Position numbers and translations under genes: made by a program
Assembly (NCBI GenBank): GCA_000165425.1
Contig: CT867999.1
Coordinates: 62,001 to 126,000 of the forward strand
Length of the DNA stretch: 64,000 bases
Reading direction: 5' to 3'
DNA from: Paramecium tetraurelia
Taxonomy: Eukaryota
Shown: positions 1-14,352 of the stretch, piece after piece
Layout: each line of letters opens with the position of its first letter
Numbering within the stretch: the first letter of the stretch is position 1
Notes under the pieces: model-generated
Database searches by the model: none
Seen by the model: the letters and a program-made list of their open reading frames with translations, nothing else
What the model was told of the DNA's origin: nothing

Positions 1-3000
1 TTCGATCAATCAGATATTGAACATTTCTGAAATCAATGGGTAATAAATAGCATCTTAATCACTAATTGAATTATGTAACAAATACGTCGCCAAATTCATC
101 CATCTAAGAGTCTAAGGTACCAATGAAAATATACAGAATAATAACAGCATCATCATTGAAAATGTGGCTAAATCAGTCCATTATAAATTATTGGATCCTG
201 CAATATGTTAAACATTCATGGATAATATTGAGAATATCAAAGAGAAGGATGAAGAAACTTTTAATAATTCCTCAAATTTAGAATAAATTTACACCCAGAT
301 TAAGTCTACTTATAGTTTGATAATGATCATCAATTCAATTACAATCAATAACTAAATCAAATTGGAATAACTACATTAGTATGCTTTTCTGTACTTCCAG
401 AAATCATTGAAGTATTTCGAAGATTAGCACCTCTCCCATCTTTTTGCAATTCATCATTAAACTACTCAAACAACAAAGAGATGAATTTGGAGGATGGCAA
501 TTGGATCTCATCCAAAAAAACAAGGTTCAATCTTTTATTAAGGAGATGTTTGAAGTGGTGGCCAACAATCTACATAAAGCCAGTATTCCCTAAATCTATG
601 AATTCTGCTAAGGATTAAAATACTTTAAATACTTGGGCTTTGATGTCTTGTATTCAATTAATTTCTATTTTATAATGCATGAATTACATTACAACTTTGG
701 TAGTTTCTTGTCTAAAGTACTCATTTAAAAACAGTAATTGTAATAGATAATTGATCATTAATTACTCTAAGAACTATTTCTAATTGAACAGAAACTGAAT
801 TACATCTTAAAATCCATTCAACATGTATTTGTTTAATCTTTTTATCATGAAGAAAATCAAAATAAAGTGATGAATGAAAGAAAGATTCATTAAATTGTAT
901 AGCTCTGGAATTCCTTTTTTGAAAATAGAACTGAATTTGTTCAATAGGATTATTTCAAATAAATGTCATAATTGATAAAGCTCAATTACAATAGCAACGC
1001 AAAAGAGGAACAATTGTTGAGGAGAATCTCATTCTTAAGATTGGCTAATACTTTCCTTTTAAGAGACAAGCAACAGGAAGTATCATTTAGTAGCAATGCC
1101 ATTATAGATTTGGTTCAGCCAAAATTGAATCTGTATTAAATTATACAATAAGTTCTATTGTAGTAGAATAAATAAGATAAACCAAACATAATGGTGATGT
1201 AATATATGATTAAGAGATTGTATCAATTCTACCTAAATTTGTTGGCCAATTTGAAGGATAAATAATTTAGAGAAAAGGCTCTAAAAGAACTATCAAAATC
1301 AATTCAATTATTTTTCGATGGAGATGATCTCTTCTCTCAGTCAAAAATTCAATAGAATGTTCTAGATTATATTGCTGATAAGATCTACACAAATTATTTC
1401 CTATGTGATACATAAGAACAGGTCTAATTTTTTATAGAAATAATGACTGTTGTGAACTAACAATTATTGAAAATTGAAGAAGAATTCTTGACTCAAGTAG
1501 AGTAATGTAAAGGTACATAGGAAGGGATGCGATCGTTGTCTCTATTCAGATAATTGGTTTAGAAAGCACAAGGTTAGAATTACCAAAATTTATCAATTGG
1601 ATCAATTCTTGAGAAGAAAGTGATAGATTATAAAAGGGTATTCCAAATAATACCTTTGTTATCTAAATGCAGTCAGATATTCAATGACTCATCGTAGGTT
1701 ATTGCTTAAAGATTAAAGGCTTAATAATTAATATCAGAATTTTGGATTTATATTACTTTGAATAACCCCTCTTTTTTCTTATCAAAGAAGGACGGGTAGA
1801 AAGAATAACTCACAAATGAGGAGGGTAAGCTCTTGAATGAATAAATCTAACCACTTAGGGAATTGTATAAAACAATGTGGTTGCCCTTAAATTTGATTGC
1901 ATTCCAAACTCCAAATCTATTAGCAGGTTCAAAAACGTCTTTGCTTGATTTAAAGATTATTATGAAATTAGTTGAAAACAAAGACACTTTCACATACAAT
2001 TTCTTTTATTTTAATAGTTTGGCAAGACAGATGAAGATCCTATTCAGGATTAAGAAAAAGGAGTTGAAGGATAAACATTTAGAACCTCAAGATCTAGTGT
2101 ATATTGTGACCTTGAATGATATACTTTAGAGATGCTAAGCTAATATCATTCAAGACATCAAGTAATTGTAGAAATAACAGTACTCTTATATTATGAAGTT
2201 GTTCAACTTTTTAAAGCAAACCAATGATGAAGAGGAATTATTATAAAATAAGGAAATCAATGGAATCAAGTTGACACATTAACAATTGCGGAATTAATTA
2301 AATAAATAGGTTAAATTCCAGTCTCTTTTGAAGGAATCAATCACAAGGGCTGCAGTTCAATACAATTCATTTCTATTAAATAGCAAAGGAACCTTAACAA
2401 AGGAAATCATATGCAAAGATTTTGTGTACCTGTTATAACAATCATGTTCAATAGAGAAGACCTTATCTGAATATGCAAGTGATATGGTAATTGATTTTAT
2501 CCGTAATTTCCCATTTGTTTGTTTTTCTCCGGAGGTGATCAAAGTATGTTCATATTTATTGACTGTGATATCATAGAAGATTGGAAGAGAATATGACTCA
2601 AAGTCTAAATAGGTGTTTAATGATTAGAAAGTGATGTTGAATACGGATTAGAAAATACTGACTTAGAACATAGTGTTCTTGATGAATTGCATGCTCAAGT
2701 TAATCTTTAGAGGGTTATACATAGACCATAACTTTGTAAAAGTGTTTTGTTTGCATTTGATAAGGTAGGAAACATCCTTGTTGTCTGAGTTGCCTTTCGG
2801 ATATAAATTCTTGAAATTCTTAGTCAATAGTTTTAAGGTTGATAAAGAAGCCATTGAAACATTCAAGGATTAAGCGGATCGATATAATCCTTACTTCTGG
2901 TTGGTGAAGGAGGTCGAGTTCGATACAAGAATCAGTTCATCTGACATGTCAATGTTTCTATCAGATAAGGGGTTGTTGAGATTGCAAAAGATTAACATTG

Positions 3001-6000
3001 AATAAAGGATTCCCTATGCCAGTGCTCAAGAGATCCTAAAATTAATTAACTATTCAATCAAAAATGAAATTGAATTTGATTTCCATGCTGAGGATTTACT
3101 ATAAATAAACTATGTGTAAGTGTTGAAGGACATTCAGAAATGTTGTTAAGAATTAAATATAATACACTTTATTTACAACAATAAATCGTAAGTGGCTTCA
3201 AAGTTGAAGGGACGTATGTAACAATTAAGAATCAATGTCCGTGAGAGTAATTACAAAAAGGCAAAGCAAGAAATTGTGAGAGAGATGTTACAACATGTCA
3301 CTTAATTGAAGAGTGTGATAATACATTCAGGTGCTTAAATTAAAACTTAGATCTTAACTAAACTCTTAGATATTTGTAAATTCTACTTGTAACCATAATT
3401 ATTAAAATACATTTTAATGAGATTGATACCATTTCTACATTCAATCTCTTAGAATTACTTTGATTCAACATTCTTTTTCCTTCTTGGAGAGATGCTTCAT
3501 TATATCATATATCAAATCAATAATTTAGGTAACTTGAAGTATGATAAAAAAATAAGTTCTTAGGATATATTTTAAATTAAGATCAACTATTTTAACCAGC
3601 TCTAAGACTTGGAAGCTGAGGAATTCACTGATTTCTATTTAAACAAACTGGAAGAACCCTACATTAATTTTATCAATTTGGCTTAGATTGGATATTACGA
3701 AATCAGGTGGTAATGCTTATGCAAATTACATCTGATTCTCATAAGATTCTTAAATGATAACATGTAAATTCATTTAGTCAAAAATGTTAAATTATCAATT
3801 ATTGCTAATATTTTGAAACATAACTTTATGACTGATCGTAAATTGGTAGAATTTATACCATTAGAGAATGTGTGTCAAGTACTGAAGGGATCTATTGAGA
3901 TCATTCAATTAATGAAGGAGTTTAAGGAGAAATTCAAGGACACTTAGGATTATGAAGTGAAAATTGGATAGAATAATTAATTGCATTCTATGTTGATGTA
4001 ATAAAATCTGGCTGTTAAATTTAACATTGAATCCTTCTATTACAAGACTCTGAAATTTGGATTGAGTCATTTTGCTAAGAATATCAACTTATATCATGAA
4101 CCACTCTTCATTTAATGTCAGAATCAATCTAGATTGATTAAAAGATATTAGTTATATTGTATTGTGTGTAAATACTTGGCAAAAGACAAGTTGAATGAAT
4201 TGAATGAGGATTCAAAAATACCCAAGATGAAGAGAGTCAAAAAAAGATTCAATTCTGTCATTTTTAAGAGTCATCGATAGATTAAGATGACTACCAATCC
4301 CAAGGAAGGGTAAGCTAGAGCATCTATTTTGATGTAAGGAAATACATCCTAGATATATCGAAAATTGCAAGCAGAAATTGCATACAATGGACAACAGACT
4401 TATGCCATCTCACTTCAAAAGTTGTAGGAACAAAGACCATTAGAAGTTAGACCTTATTATTTGAGGAAGGCCTTGTATTTCCTATTGTGTGATGAGATTG
4501 ATAAGATCAAGGCTTTTGCATCACGTTTATAAGATGAATTGTAGACTGACTATAGTTTGATGACTCAAAATAAGTTGAGTGACAATTTCATTCAATAGAT
4601 ATTAAATGAAATTCCAGACAAGAATTTAAATTTGGCTTACTACATATTGAAAAAACTATATCCCATAATGTAGACAGAACTATAATTGAATGATGTCCTA
4701 TACAAGTTTCTTGGACACAAGATCTCATCCAACATTCAGAATTACTATGATTGTTCCCATTTCTTTGACATCATTGTCACTCACAATATGTCGTAGATAG
4801 AGAATTACACCAAAATACTGTTGTATTGGAAACCACCTCATATATAATTACTCTTAAAATACATCACAGATCAATTTGAAAACTATCCTGATGTCCAATT
4901 GTGTTTCTCTAAGATCATGAAGAGATTACACAGCGAATAGATTATATTTTATCTGTCACAGATCTTACAATCCCTAGCCAGTAAATCTGGATAGTTGATA
5001 AAGACATTCCTCATAGAGTATGCTCAGTAATCAGTCTTATTTGCACATCAACTTTTGTGGTTAGCAAGGGTGGAGAGCAAGATAGATGTTGATCATAAGA
5101 GACCTCCTTCGCCTAAGAATAAGGGTCAACATTAAAATATATTAAGAACACCTGAATATTAATAATTTGTAAGGGACTTGTTGAATCAAGGTCGGATCCA
5201 AAGGAAATAGTATCAAATAAGTAAGGTGGCACCATTCATCATATCTAAAATCATACGGAATATGGATTCTGAATAGACATCCTTCTTTAAGAAGGTGGAT
5301 ACATTCTATGAGAGTGTGACTGCAATCTCTGGGTAATTGAGACCTCAGATGAGTAAGCCTGAGAAGAGAGATATAATTGCTAAGAAACTTAGAGAAATAG
5401 TATTAACGTAGGATATTTATATGCCAACTAACCCTAGATATCAAATAACTTCAATTAAATTAGATTCAGGAACACCTATGCAGAGTGCAGCTAAGTGTCC
5501 AATTTTGGTTAGTTTCCTTTGTAGGAAATATGAGGGGCCTGATAAATATTTTGAAAGGAAGTTGAAGGAGAAAAGGGAGTTTGGTAAGGCTTTGGAAATT
5601 GAATTGACTAAATAATTAAAGGAAGAGGATATCTAAAAGATGTTGATCATCTTTGAGTAAGATCCTTTACCTGATGATGAAGAGAAAGGATAATTGTTCA
5701 TAAATGAGTTGGTGAGACCATTAAGAAGCAATGGACAAATTTAAATAATGAGTCAAAGTATGCAATCCAATTACAAGGATTCTCGCATTCACAAGTAATC
5801 ACAATCCTTTGAAAAACACAGTTTCAAATAACCTACTCCCAGAGGAAGTCTTAAGAAACAAACAACCAATTATAACAATGCTGATTAACAACAGGAAATC
5901 AAGTCATGCATCTTCAAAGTATTTGATGATATCAGACAAGACAACTTGGCCTTATAAATAATCAGTATGTTTAAGGGTGTGTTTGAAAGGTGTGGATTGG

Positions 6001-6736
6001 ATTTACATGTCTTCCCTTATAAGACCATTTCTAATCGAACAGGTAAATCTCTGAATGTTGGAGGAATCATTGAAGTTGTACCTAATACTATCTCTAGAGA
6101 TCAACTAGGTAAGACCAATCGATGTACTTTATATGAGTATTTCATTAATAAGTTTGGTGCAGAAGACTCATTATAATTTCAAATAGCAAGAGAGAACTTC
6201 ATTAAGAGTTAAGCCGCTTACAGTATTATCAGTTATATCTTGCAAATCAAGGATAGACACAATGGCAACATTTTGATCAGCGATAAGGGACACTTGATAC
6301 ACATAGATTTTGGATTCATCTTCGATATTAGTCCTGGAGGTAATCTTAAATTTGAATCTGCCAATTTCAAATTGACCAAGGAGATGAGTCAAATTATGGG
6401 TGGAGAGGTATCCAATAACATGTTATCTTATTAGGCGTTTAATTATTATGTGGATCTAACAGTGAGAGCCTTCTTAGCCATTCGCCATTACTATGAGCAT
6501 TTCTATTATTTGGTGACTCTGATGACTAACTCTGGGTTGGGATGTTTTATGAAGGATTCAATGAAGAATTTCACAGAGAGATTTCAAGTAAATCTTAATT
6601 TGAATACTTTTAGCTAAAGAAGAATGACCTGGCTGCTGCGAAGTATATGTAGAGTATCATAGAGGATGCGAATGATAAAATAACGACAAGATGGTATGAC
6701 AACATTTAGTACTATTAAAATGGGATATCAAGATGA
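1..6736 (+). CDS. Phosphatidylinositol 4-kinase, type III alpha/STT4-like (5' end outside window)
   Basis: Code-6 frame with [71 protein letters not shown]. Introns 6408-6434 and 6588-6613; stop TGA 6734-6736. A frame change near 390-445 needs either a 22-nt intron (391-412) or a 1-nt indel. Confidence 0.93.
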
Positions 6737-6792
6737 TATTAAATAATACATAGTGTATATATATATATAATTAATTATTTTAAAACGGATCT

Positions 6793-7645
6793 ATGATCAC
6801 AGGAAATTTGGCTGAATTTGTATGGGGAAGTGTTGAGCTGGCTCTGAATGTTCTATTGTACTCCAGATTGAAATTGCCACAAAAAGTGATGTCTCCAGGT
6901 CTCTTACGTATGTCACTCGTTCGTGAATGCAATTACAACTTCGGGGTTGATACTAAGGTACATTTGAATGTACATTAGTTCCTAGATTGTCAGATATGTT
7001 GTTGCCTCCATACTGACTCCGAATATTGTTAGACACTTTCGTAATTCAAATGATTCTTATCACTTCATATACGGCTGCTTCATGTGCTTTGATGCCATGA
7101 TCGTTATGGACATCTTTCCTATGACAGACACCATCTACGCTATGATCCTCATTTTACGTTTGTTTCATCTTTTAGAAAACATATTCAAAATGGCCAAGGC
7201 TGCTTAATCAATAAAGATTCATATGAAAAAAGTGATAAAAATTTAATGCAATTCTGTGAATTAAGTGAACACTTCAAATTAGATGAGTATGGTTTCTAAG
7301 AAATTGGAAGTGTCTCCTCCAAATTCCTCATAAACTACGAATGCGAGTTCACTCAATGAGGTTGAGAGTAACCAAAAGAGTAAGAAAATACCTCAATTTC
7401 CTAATGTCTATTAAATCAAAATACAGACATCAAAAACAACGAAAATAGATATACTGATTGACGAACCTGATAAATTTGATCTACTATTCGATTAATAATT
7501 AAACATGGATAGAAGGATGAATCTTCAGATCAAACTGAATTTATGTGCTCAAGTGTATTAGACTTTGAAAAAACAATATCCATGCGAATGGCTGCTCAGA
7601 CAGATTGCTCAATATCAGGCCGAGTTGTTGCTTTTAGATTAATGA
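6793..7645 (+). CDS. Hypothetical protein with hydrophobic N-terminal half
   Basis: ATG 6793; long code-6 frame from about 6980 to TGA 7643-7645; joining intron(s) near 6900-6980 not resolved. Confidence 0.55.
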
Positions 7646-7676
7646 TTTTCTTTAACCCGTTTTTTTATTTTAATTA

Positions 7677-8921
7677 ATGAAATTGCTTGTGTTGCTTTGC
7701 ATTGTGACTCTCACATTTGCAGATTCAAGGATTGACTTTTTCAACAAGCTCAGTCAATCTGACTTCGGAAAAGACAATCTTACAAACAATTCAAGTTCAA
7801 GAGTACGTATTTATATTCAATCCCCAGAAACAATGTTGAACGTGTGCTATAGTTTATCAGACAATTACAAGTGGACATTAATGCAGCACAAACCGAACAC
7901 ACTACCTACTTACAAAACAGAAATGGACAAATCACATAATACATTACTGAAGCTGATTAAGCTCTCGCTAAAGCTAAATAACAAAAGGCACAAGATGAGG
8001 CATAGCGTATACTTATTATCCTAATTTCCTAATAGTTCCTTTGAAGGAGGAGGAACTCAATGATAAGAGAGCACAAGGCGAAACCAAATTTGCTGAAAAA
8101 TAAAGAAATTTAGATCGCATTGCTGCCCTTACTGCAGAAAGAGAAGAGACCAAAAAAGCCTATGATTAAAGAAGAACTGAAATCGTTGGTTTGTTGGCTG
8201 CATTGAATTAAGGCAAGAAATTGATCCAATAAATAAAAACTGGGTCTGTCTTCACTCAATAAGAGATCTTCGCAGATATCGAACATCATCACAAGAAATT
8301 CGTTCAAAGATTCCCAGACAGAAGAGGCTTCAATTCCTTAGTTTCCTTGTCCCTTGCTATGGCTCAGGATTCCACCCTAAAATCTGATCAATCTGCATTA
8401 GAGAAAGTAGTCTAAGTCATTGAAGATTTGGCTGATAGTCTATTTTAACTGTACAAATTATATTCGACATCATTTTAGATAGAAACAAGAAATGGAAGCT
8501 GATGATGCCAGAGAAGCAGCATTTTAATAAGCCATGTATGCATCAATTTCTATTATATAACAGTGCTCGACTTGAAATAGCTAATCAATCATTGGAAGGT
8601 GCTGTTGCCTACTTACACGCTCAGATCTTGAGATTAGAACAATCCCTCTTGGAATTGTAAAATGACATTGCCACTCAAGCTTAAGTAAATATTCTATTGT
8701 ATTTTATTTAGATGGTCGTTAACAAACAGAATGAAAAGGCTGACTGGTTGAACATTCAAAGAGATGAGACCAAATCCTACGGAAAGCAAACTGAGAATAG
8801 GTATGGCATTTGTAATTACTTTAGAAAATCCCAATTGGACTTGTTAGGAGAAACTGAAAATGTATTTAGCAAAGGCCCTTTGACACCTGAATAGCAATCG
8901 TTCTTATAACACTTAAAGTGA
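7677..8921 (+). CDS. Trichocyst matrix protein (TMP/granule lattice family) precursor; apparent +1 frameshift at about 7769-7772
   Basis: Signal peptide MKLLVLLCIVTLTFA, (F)GKTILQTIQVQ motif, coiled-coil body with ALEKVVQVIEDLADSL, several short GT-AG introns (e.g. 7803-7827), stop TGA 8919-8921. Confidence 0.8.
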
Positions 8922-8930
8922 TTAATATAA

Positions 8931-10901
8931 ATGAAAATTAATAACAATAATAACAACGATACGTAAAATTCTTAGGCATAAAAGAATTTTAATCAATAGA
9001 TCAAGCTAGAGGCAGATGATTTCAAGAGACAGTTCAAGTTTATAGACAAAGAGAAACTTTTCATGGAACTTCAAAATTACAAAATCGAAAACAACAATCT
9101 AAAAGAGGAGAACACCAAGTTACGTACGCGCATACAACAGACCGAGGTAAGCCAACCACATATGCTCAGAAAGAGCTCCTCAATTATGAGAGACTCTGCG
9201 AGAACATGACCGAGTAGACACCAAACAAGAAGAAGGCCAATGAGTTACTACTCATCCAACTCAAAAAACAGAACAAGGACCTCCAATAGTCACTCAAAGA
9301 ACGTACAGTCTAAGTTGACCACCTCAAAAAAAACACCAAAGTCACCAAATTTCAAGAGCTAGAGTGTGATCGCAAGGCCTATTTTGATGAAACCGTGCGT
9401 ATGCGTAAACTTATAGAAGAGAGTTAATCATAATTCTAATCTATGTTGAGGTACATCATCCTTATCCCCTAATTTATAGTAAATACAATCAAAGTCTTCA
9501 ACTTGAAAGTGAAGTTTAGAAGCTACTCAAAACAAATGAAAATCTGATTGCTGAAAATAAAGCACTCAATCAAAAGAGTCAGCAATCAGATGAAATGATG
9601 CGATAGCTCCAAGTATTTTGTCCATACATTTATTTAGCAATTGTACAAACTTAACCAATAGAAACAATAAACTTTGGACAAACATATCTAAGATCTAAAA
9701 AATCAAATAAAGAATTATAAACAGACAAAACCAATCTTAAATAGACCATTAAATAGATGTAGGAAGCACAATACTAGCATCTTCAATAACCACAACCAAA
9801 ACCAAAAAAAGACCCTACTCCTCGCCAACCCTAATTATCCAGTTTAATTTTAGATGAATTGAGATTCAAATTGATTTACCGAGCCATTACAGTCGAGTAA
9901 TTCGCTGAAATGTTGGAAGGCTTGAAGTAACAAGCACGAGAATAGAATGTGACAGTTAAAGTCGATGATTTAAGACATATCTTTGCTCAGTAAATAAATT
10001 TATACTCATTATAATTAGAGAGCCATTTACATACACAGATCCAAACAAAGTACAATCCATATTAAACTCACTTAATGGTCATGGCAACCAGTTAGTAGAG
10101 AATTTGAAATCCCTGATTGGAAATTACAAGACTTTCATGAATTTTCCAACTTTCGATTTTGAATAAGCCCAAATTAAGATGAAGGCCCAATTGAAACAAA
10201 ACGAGAAGAAGATACAAGAATTTTGGAGCAAGCAAAAAATTAAAGGAGATGTTGTCACCAAATCAGATGTTCGAAAGATGTTAAACTCCCTTTCTTTGAA
10301 TTGGCAGGAACCCGAGAATCTCTTCTATTTCCTATAAATATTTGAGAAATCAGGAGAAGACCTATAGCATATCCCAATAATTGATACTTATGACCCATTT
10401 ACTATAGATGATCCATCGCAGTAAAACCCAATGACTGGACACTAGAATATGAGAATATCTGAAGAATCAGATGAGGAATTGTTTGACAAATAGAGTCAAG
10501 ATTATTCGCTAGATGAGAATGCCGTCAAGAAGAAGAAAGAACAAGATCAGGGTATTGTATTCAGAGATGAGGGACATATTGTTTAGCAATAAGGACGGTA
10601 ATAATAGGAGTTTGATAAAGAGGAAAATGGAGATGAGAATGAAAATTATGATGAAAATGAGAATTACAATGAAAATGAAGATGAAAATTAACATGAGGAG
10701 GAGGATCATTAATAGAGAGGTTCTGAATAAGATAATGGAGATGGGAATGATCACTATGAATAGGACGAATATGAGTAGAATGAATAGGATGGATAATAGG
10801 AGGGACATCAGGAAAACGAGCAAGAAGATTAGAATTAAGAAAATGAGAATAATAATCATGAAGAATAATAAAATGAATATGAAAATGAAGAATTTGATTG
10901 A
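8931..10901 (+). CDS. Coiled-coil protein with acidic Glu/Asp/Asn/Gln low-complexity C-terminus
   Basis: ATG 8931; DKEKLFMELQNYKIENNNLKEENTKLRTRIQQ; several short introns; acidic tail 10480-10898; TGA 10899-10901. Confidence 0.75.
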
Positions 10902-10922
10902 TTTATTTAAAAATAATATGAG

Positions 10923-11040
10923 TACGCATTTAATTTTAATTACGCATTCTTTTTTAATTAAATTATAATTATAAATAATGAAGTGCGCACTTCTTATTGA
11001 TAAATACGCATTTATTAATAATTTGTAAAATGTATGCGCA
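10923..11040. promoter_or_regulatory. Cluster of five T(A/G)CGCA motifs upstream of INO1, including a 14-bp palindrome
   Basis: TACGCA at 10923, 10941 and 11005; TGCGCA at 10984 (inside GAAGTGCGCACTTC, 10980-10993) and at 11035, in otherwise very AT-rich intergenic DNA. Confidence 0.5.
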
Positions 11041-11095
11041 CTCGAATGTTTACAAATACTAATTTGTGTATATTTGTTAATAATTAATTCAATCA

Positions 11096-12631
11096 ATGAA
11101 AGTCTAATCAACCACAACATAATAAGATGATCACTTCTTAATCGCAGACTACGATTACAAGTCAACCAACATTGAAAAGAATGGAGACAAGTACATCGCA
11201 AAACCATAAATCACAAATTTCAAATTCAAGACTGACACTAGAATTCCAAAAGTAGGTGTTATGCTTGTCGGATGGGGTGGTAACAATGGAACAACCCTTA
11301 CTGGAGGTATATTGGCCAACAAATTCAATATTACTTGGAATAGCAGAAGAGGAACTCATTAACCAAATTTCTATGGTTCGCTTACATAAAGCAGCGTCAT
11401 TAAGATTGGTACATGCAATACTGAAGAAGTATTTGTTCCATTCAAAGATGTGTTACCAATGGTCAATCCATGTGATATAGTATTTGGTGGATGGGATATC
11501 AGTTCATTGAATTTGGCTGATGCTATGGGCAGAGCATAAGTTGTTGACTATGATTTGCAATAAAAATTGAGACCATATTTAGAGAAATTGGTTCCATTAC
11601 CTTCAATCTATTATCCAGATTTCATAGCAGCTAACTAAGGTGATAGAGCAGACAATGTCATTCCAGGAAATAATAAATTAGAACATCTTAACATCATTAG
11701 AAAGAACATTGCAGATTTCAAATAATAAAATAATTTGGATAAAGTAATCCTCTTATGGACAGCAAATACAGAGAGATTCTGTGTTGAAGACCCAAATGTT
11801 CATGGAACAGCCGAGAAATTAATGAAATCCATTGAATCAAGTCATCCAGAAATTAGTGCATCAACAATCTTTGCATGTGCTGCTTGTTTAGAAGGATGCT
11901 CATTCATTAATGGATCACCATAAAACACTATTGTTCCAGGAGTCATTGAATTAGCAGAAAAAGCTGGTGTCTTTGTTGCTGGAGATGATTTCAAGACTGG
12001 ATAAACTAAATTTAAGACTTGTTTAGTTGAATATTTGGTTGGTGCTGGTATTAAACCAAAAGCCATCATCTCATATAACCATTTAGGAAACAATGATGGA
12101 AAGAACCTTTCATAAGAATCATGCTTCAAAAGTAAGGAAAGAAGTAAGAAGACTTGTGTTGATGATATTTTGGAATCCAATAAAGTCTTATATCCCACAG
12201 AGGAGGAATTAAACATTGATCACACTATTGTTATCAAGTATTGTCCAGAAACTGGAGATAGCAAGAAGGCTATGGATGAATACATTGCTGAGATCTTCTT
12301 GGGAGGAAGATAAACCTTTGCAGTTTACAATGTTTGTGAAGATTCCTTATTGGCTGCTCCATTGATTATGGATCTCTTATTGTTATGCGAGTTATTCGAA
12401 AGAATCCAATTCTCAAAGGATTCCTCTGAATTCCAAAGATTTGATACAGTGTTGTCTTGGTTGAGTTACTTGATGAAGGCACCAAAATCAGAGAGTGGAA
12501 TCACCACTATCAATGCTTTGTCAAGATAGAGAGCTATGCTTGAGAATCTAGTTAAAGTATGTGCAGGATTGACAGTTGATGACAATCTTAGATTGGAAGT
12601 TAGATATGGTGCTAGTAGATTTTAATAATGA
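11096..12631 (+). CDS. INO1: Myo-inositol-1-phosphate synthase
   Basis: Intronless 511-aa code-6 frame with [55 protein letters not shown]. Confidence 0.97.
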
Positions 12632-12701
12632 TTTTTTAACTACATTTTGTTTATATCAAGTGAATTAATATATAATCAAATTGATTTAAATTCTCTCAAA
12701 A

Positions 12702-13131
12702 ATGAAAATAATTGATGATATCAAATAGTAAGTAGAGAAGGAAATGAAAAAGTTTGATCCTAGATTGGCAGAAAAGAAGTATATGAAGATTACTTAATCA
12801 ATTAAGGATTTGTTTCTTAAGGCAGTTGTTAGTGAAAAATAAACCATTAAAGCTGTATTTACCAATTTGAAACAAGGCTGCCCACTCTATTGGTATCAAT
12901 TACTCTTCAGCCAAAGCCATATGGGCTGAATTCAGAGCCAAACAAAAAATGAAGAAGAACAAAAAGGTTGATGGACATGACAAGCAAGCCTCCAGAGAAG
13001 TTGTGAAAAGATGTCAATACAAAATACTAAATGGGTGTAATAAGATTAAGAAATTATTCATGGAAATCAAATCTTCTGTTGCATAGCGTTTGAATTCTAC
13101 ATACATGATTTCCTTGGAGCAGCATATATGA
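12702..13131 (+). CDS. Small basic protein with probable helix-turn-helix motif
   Basis: KKYMKITQSIK...TIKAAAHSIGINYSSAKAIW after removing a 22-nt intron near 12855; TGA 13129-13131. Confidence 0.6.
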
Positions 13132-13146
13132 ATATTATTAATTAAA

Positions 13147-13590
13147 ATGAGCGGAAATATTAGAGTTAACTAGTATATTTCCATAATAAAATATTCAAAG
13201 TCCCAGTACTCTCAAATGTAGAGGATTGCAAACCGATATTCATACTCTCAAAATGCTAATGCAACATTCCGTTGATGATTGGCTAATTATGCACAATTTA
13301 TAAAACTCCCTCTTTACAGTTGGGATAAAGTCACATGCACTCGTTAACATAGAATTAAGTTAAATAGTAACCATAATTTCAGAAACTTATACTCAGATAC
13401 GATTAACCAAATTCAAACCAAACCTATAATATTAGAACATTAATCTTAAACATCCTATTTAGTTAATAAAACTAACTTAATAAATGTGAGAATATTGAAG
13501 TAGTTCATTTTCACTTTGCATGTATGGAACAAAGCAATAGATTTTGAATGGATAATTTTTAAGGAAAATCACTGCAAATGAACCCTATAT
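13147..13590 (+). CDS. Short hypothetical protein (exon structure and end uncertain)
   Basis: ATG 13147, candidate GT..AG introns, code-6 open stretches. Confidence 0.3.
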
Positions 13591-13648
13591 AAATCCTCTT
13601 TTTGTAATAATAATATAATATAATTTAATTTTATATTTATATATAAAT

Positions 13649-14324
13649 ATGGAAGAAATGAAATTTTCACATAGATCTTAATCATTAACTGATTTTTAAA
13701 GTGAAATTTACACTAGATTCCTCGATATGCACGAAGAATTGTCCAAATCTTCTAAAAACATCAACTATCTCATCAACCACAGTCTTAAACAATTAGAAAG
13801 CAATCAACAGGAGGCTAGATTTAGTTTTTCTGCAAACTCTTAAAATCAACAAGAACTAAATTCTTTTGAAGAAATGGTAATTGAAGAAGACTTGGATTTG
13901 GAAACTCAACCTTCTAATAATGAAAGAGAATAAATTTTAGAAAATAAAATTAAAATCTACGAATCTGCTCTTAATACATTTTAACATGAAAACTTCAAAA
14001 AAGATCAAGAAATTATCAGACTCACAAATTAGTAATGATTCTATCAATAACTATAGATTAAATGATTAAAATATATAGCACACTATTTAAAATCCAGATG
14101 AAATTTATTAAGAATAAAGTGTTATTAGACAGCAATTACAGATCCTTGATAAATAATAAGACTATTAATAAGAATAGAAAGACCTTCACAAAAAAATGAG
14201 AGAATGGGAGGACATAATCATTAAGCAATAGACCCTAATAAATTCCCAGAAACTGGAAATTAATCGATTAAAAAATATAAATTCATATTTGCATAAGTCT
14301 ATTGAAAAACTATAAACATTTTGA
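13649..14324 (+). CDS. Hypothetical coiled-coil protein
   Basis: ATG 13649, heptad-rich E/Q/K/L frame, intron near 14031-14056, TGA 14322-14324. Confidence 0.65.
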
Positions 14325-14352
14325 AAATATGATTATGCATATTAATTTAATT

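Noticed and set aside
385..445. Frame change in the PI4K gene as programmed frameshifting
   Set aside because: Explained by a 22-nt GT-AG intron (391-412) or one extra T in a homopolymer; no Euplotes-type AAA-stop signal here or at the other two frameshifts
10509..11207. 232-aa hydrophobic minus-strand ORF and 151-aa Met/Lys/Arg-rich plus ORF
   Set aside because: Shadow frames of the acidic GAA/GAT/AAT-rich tail of the 8931-10901 gene
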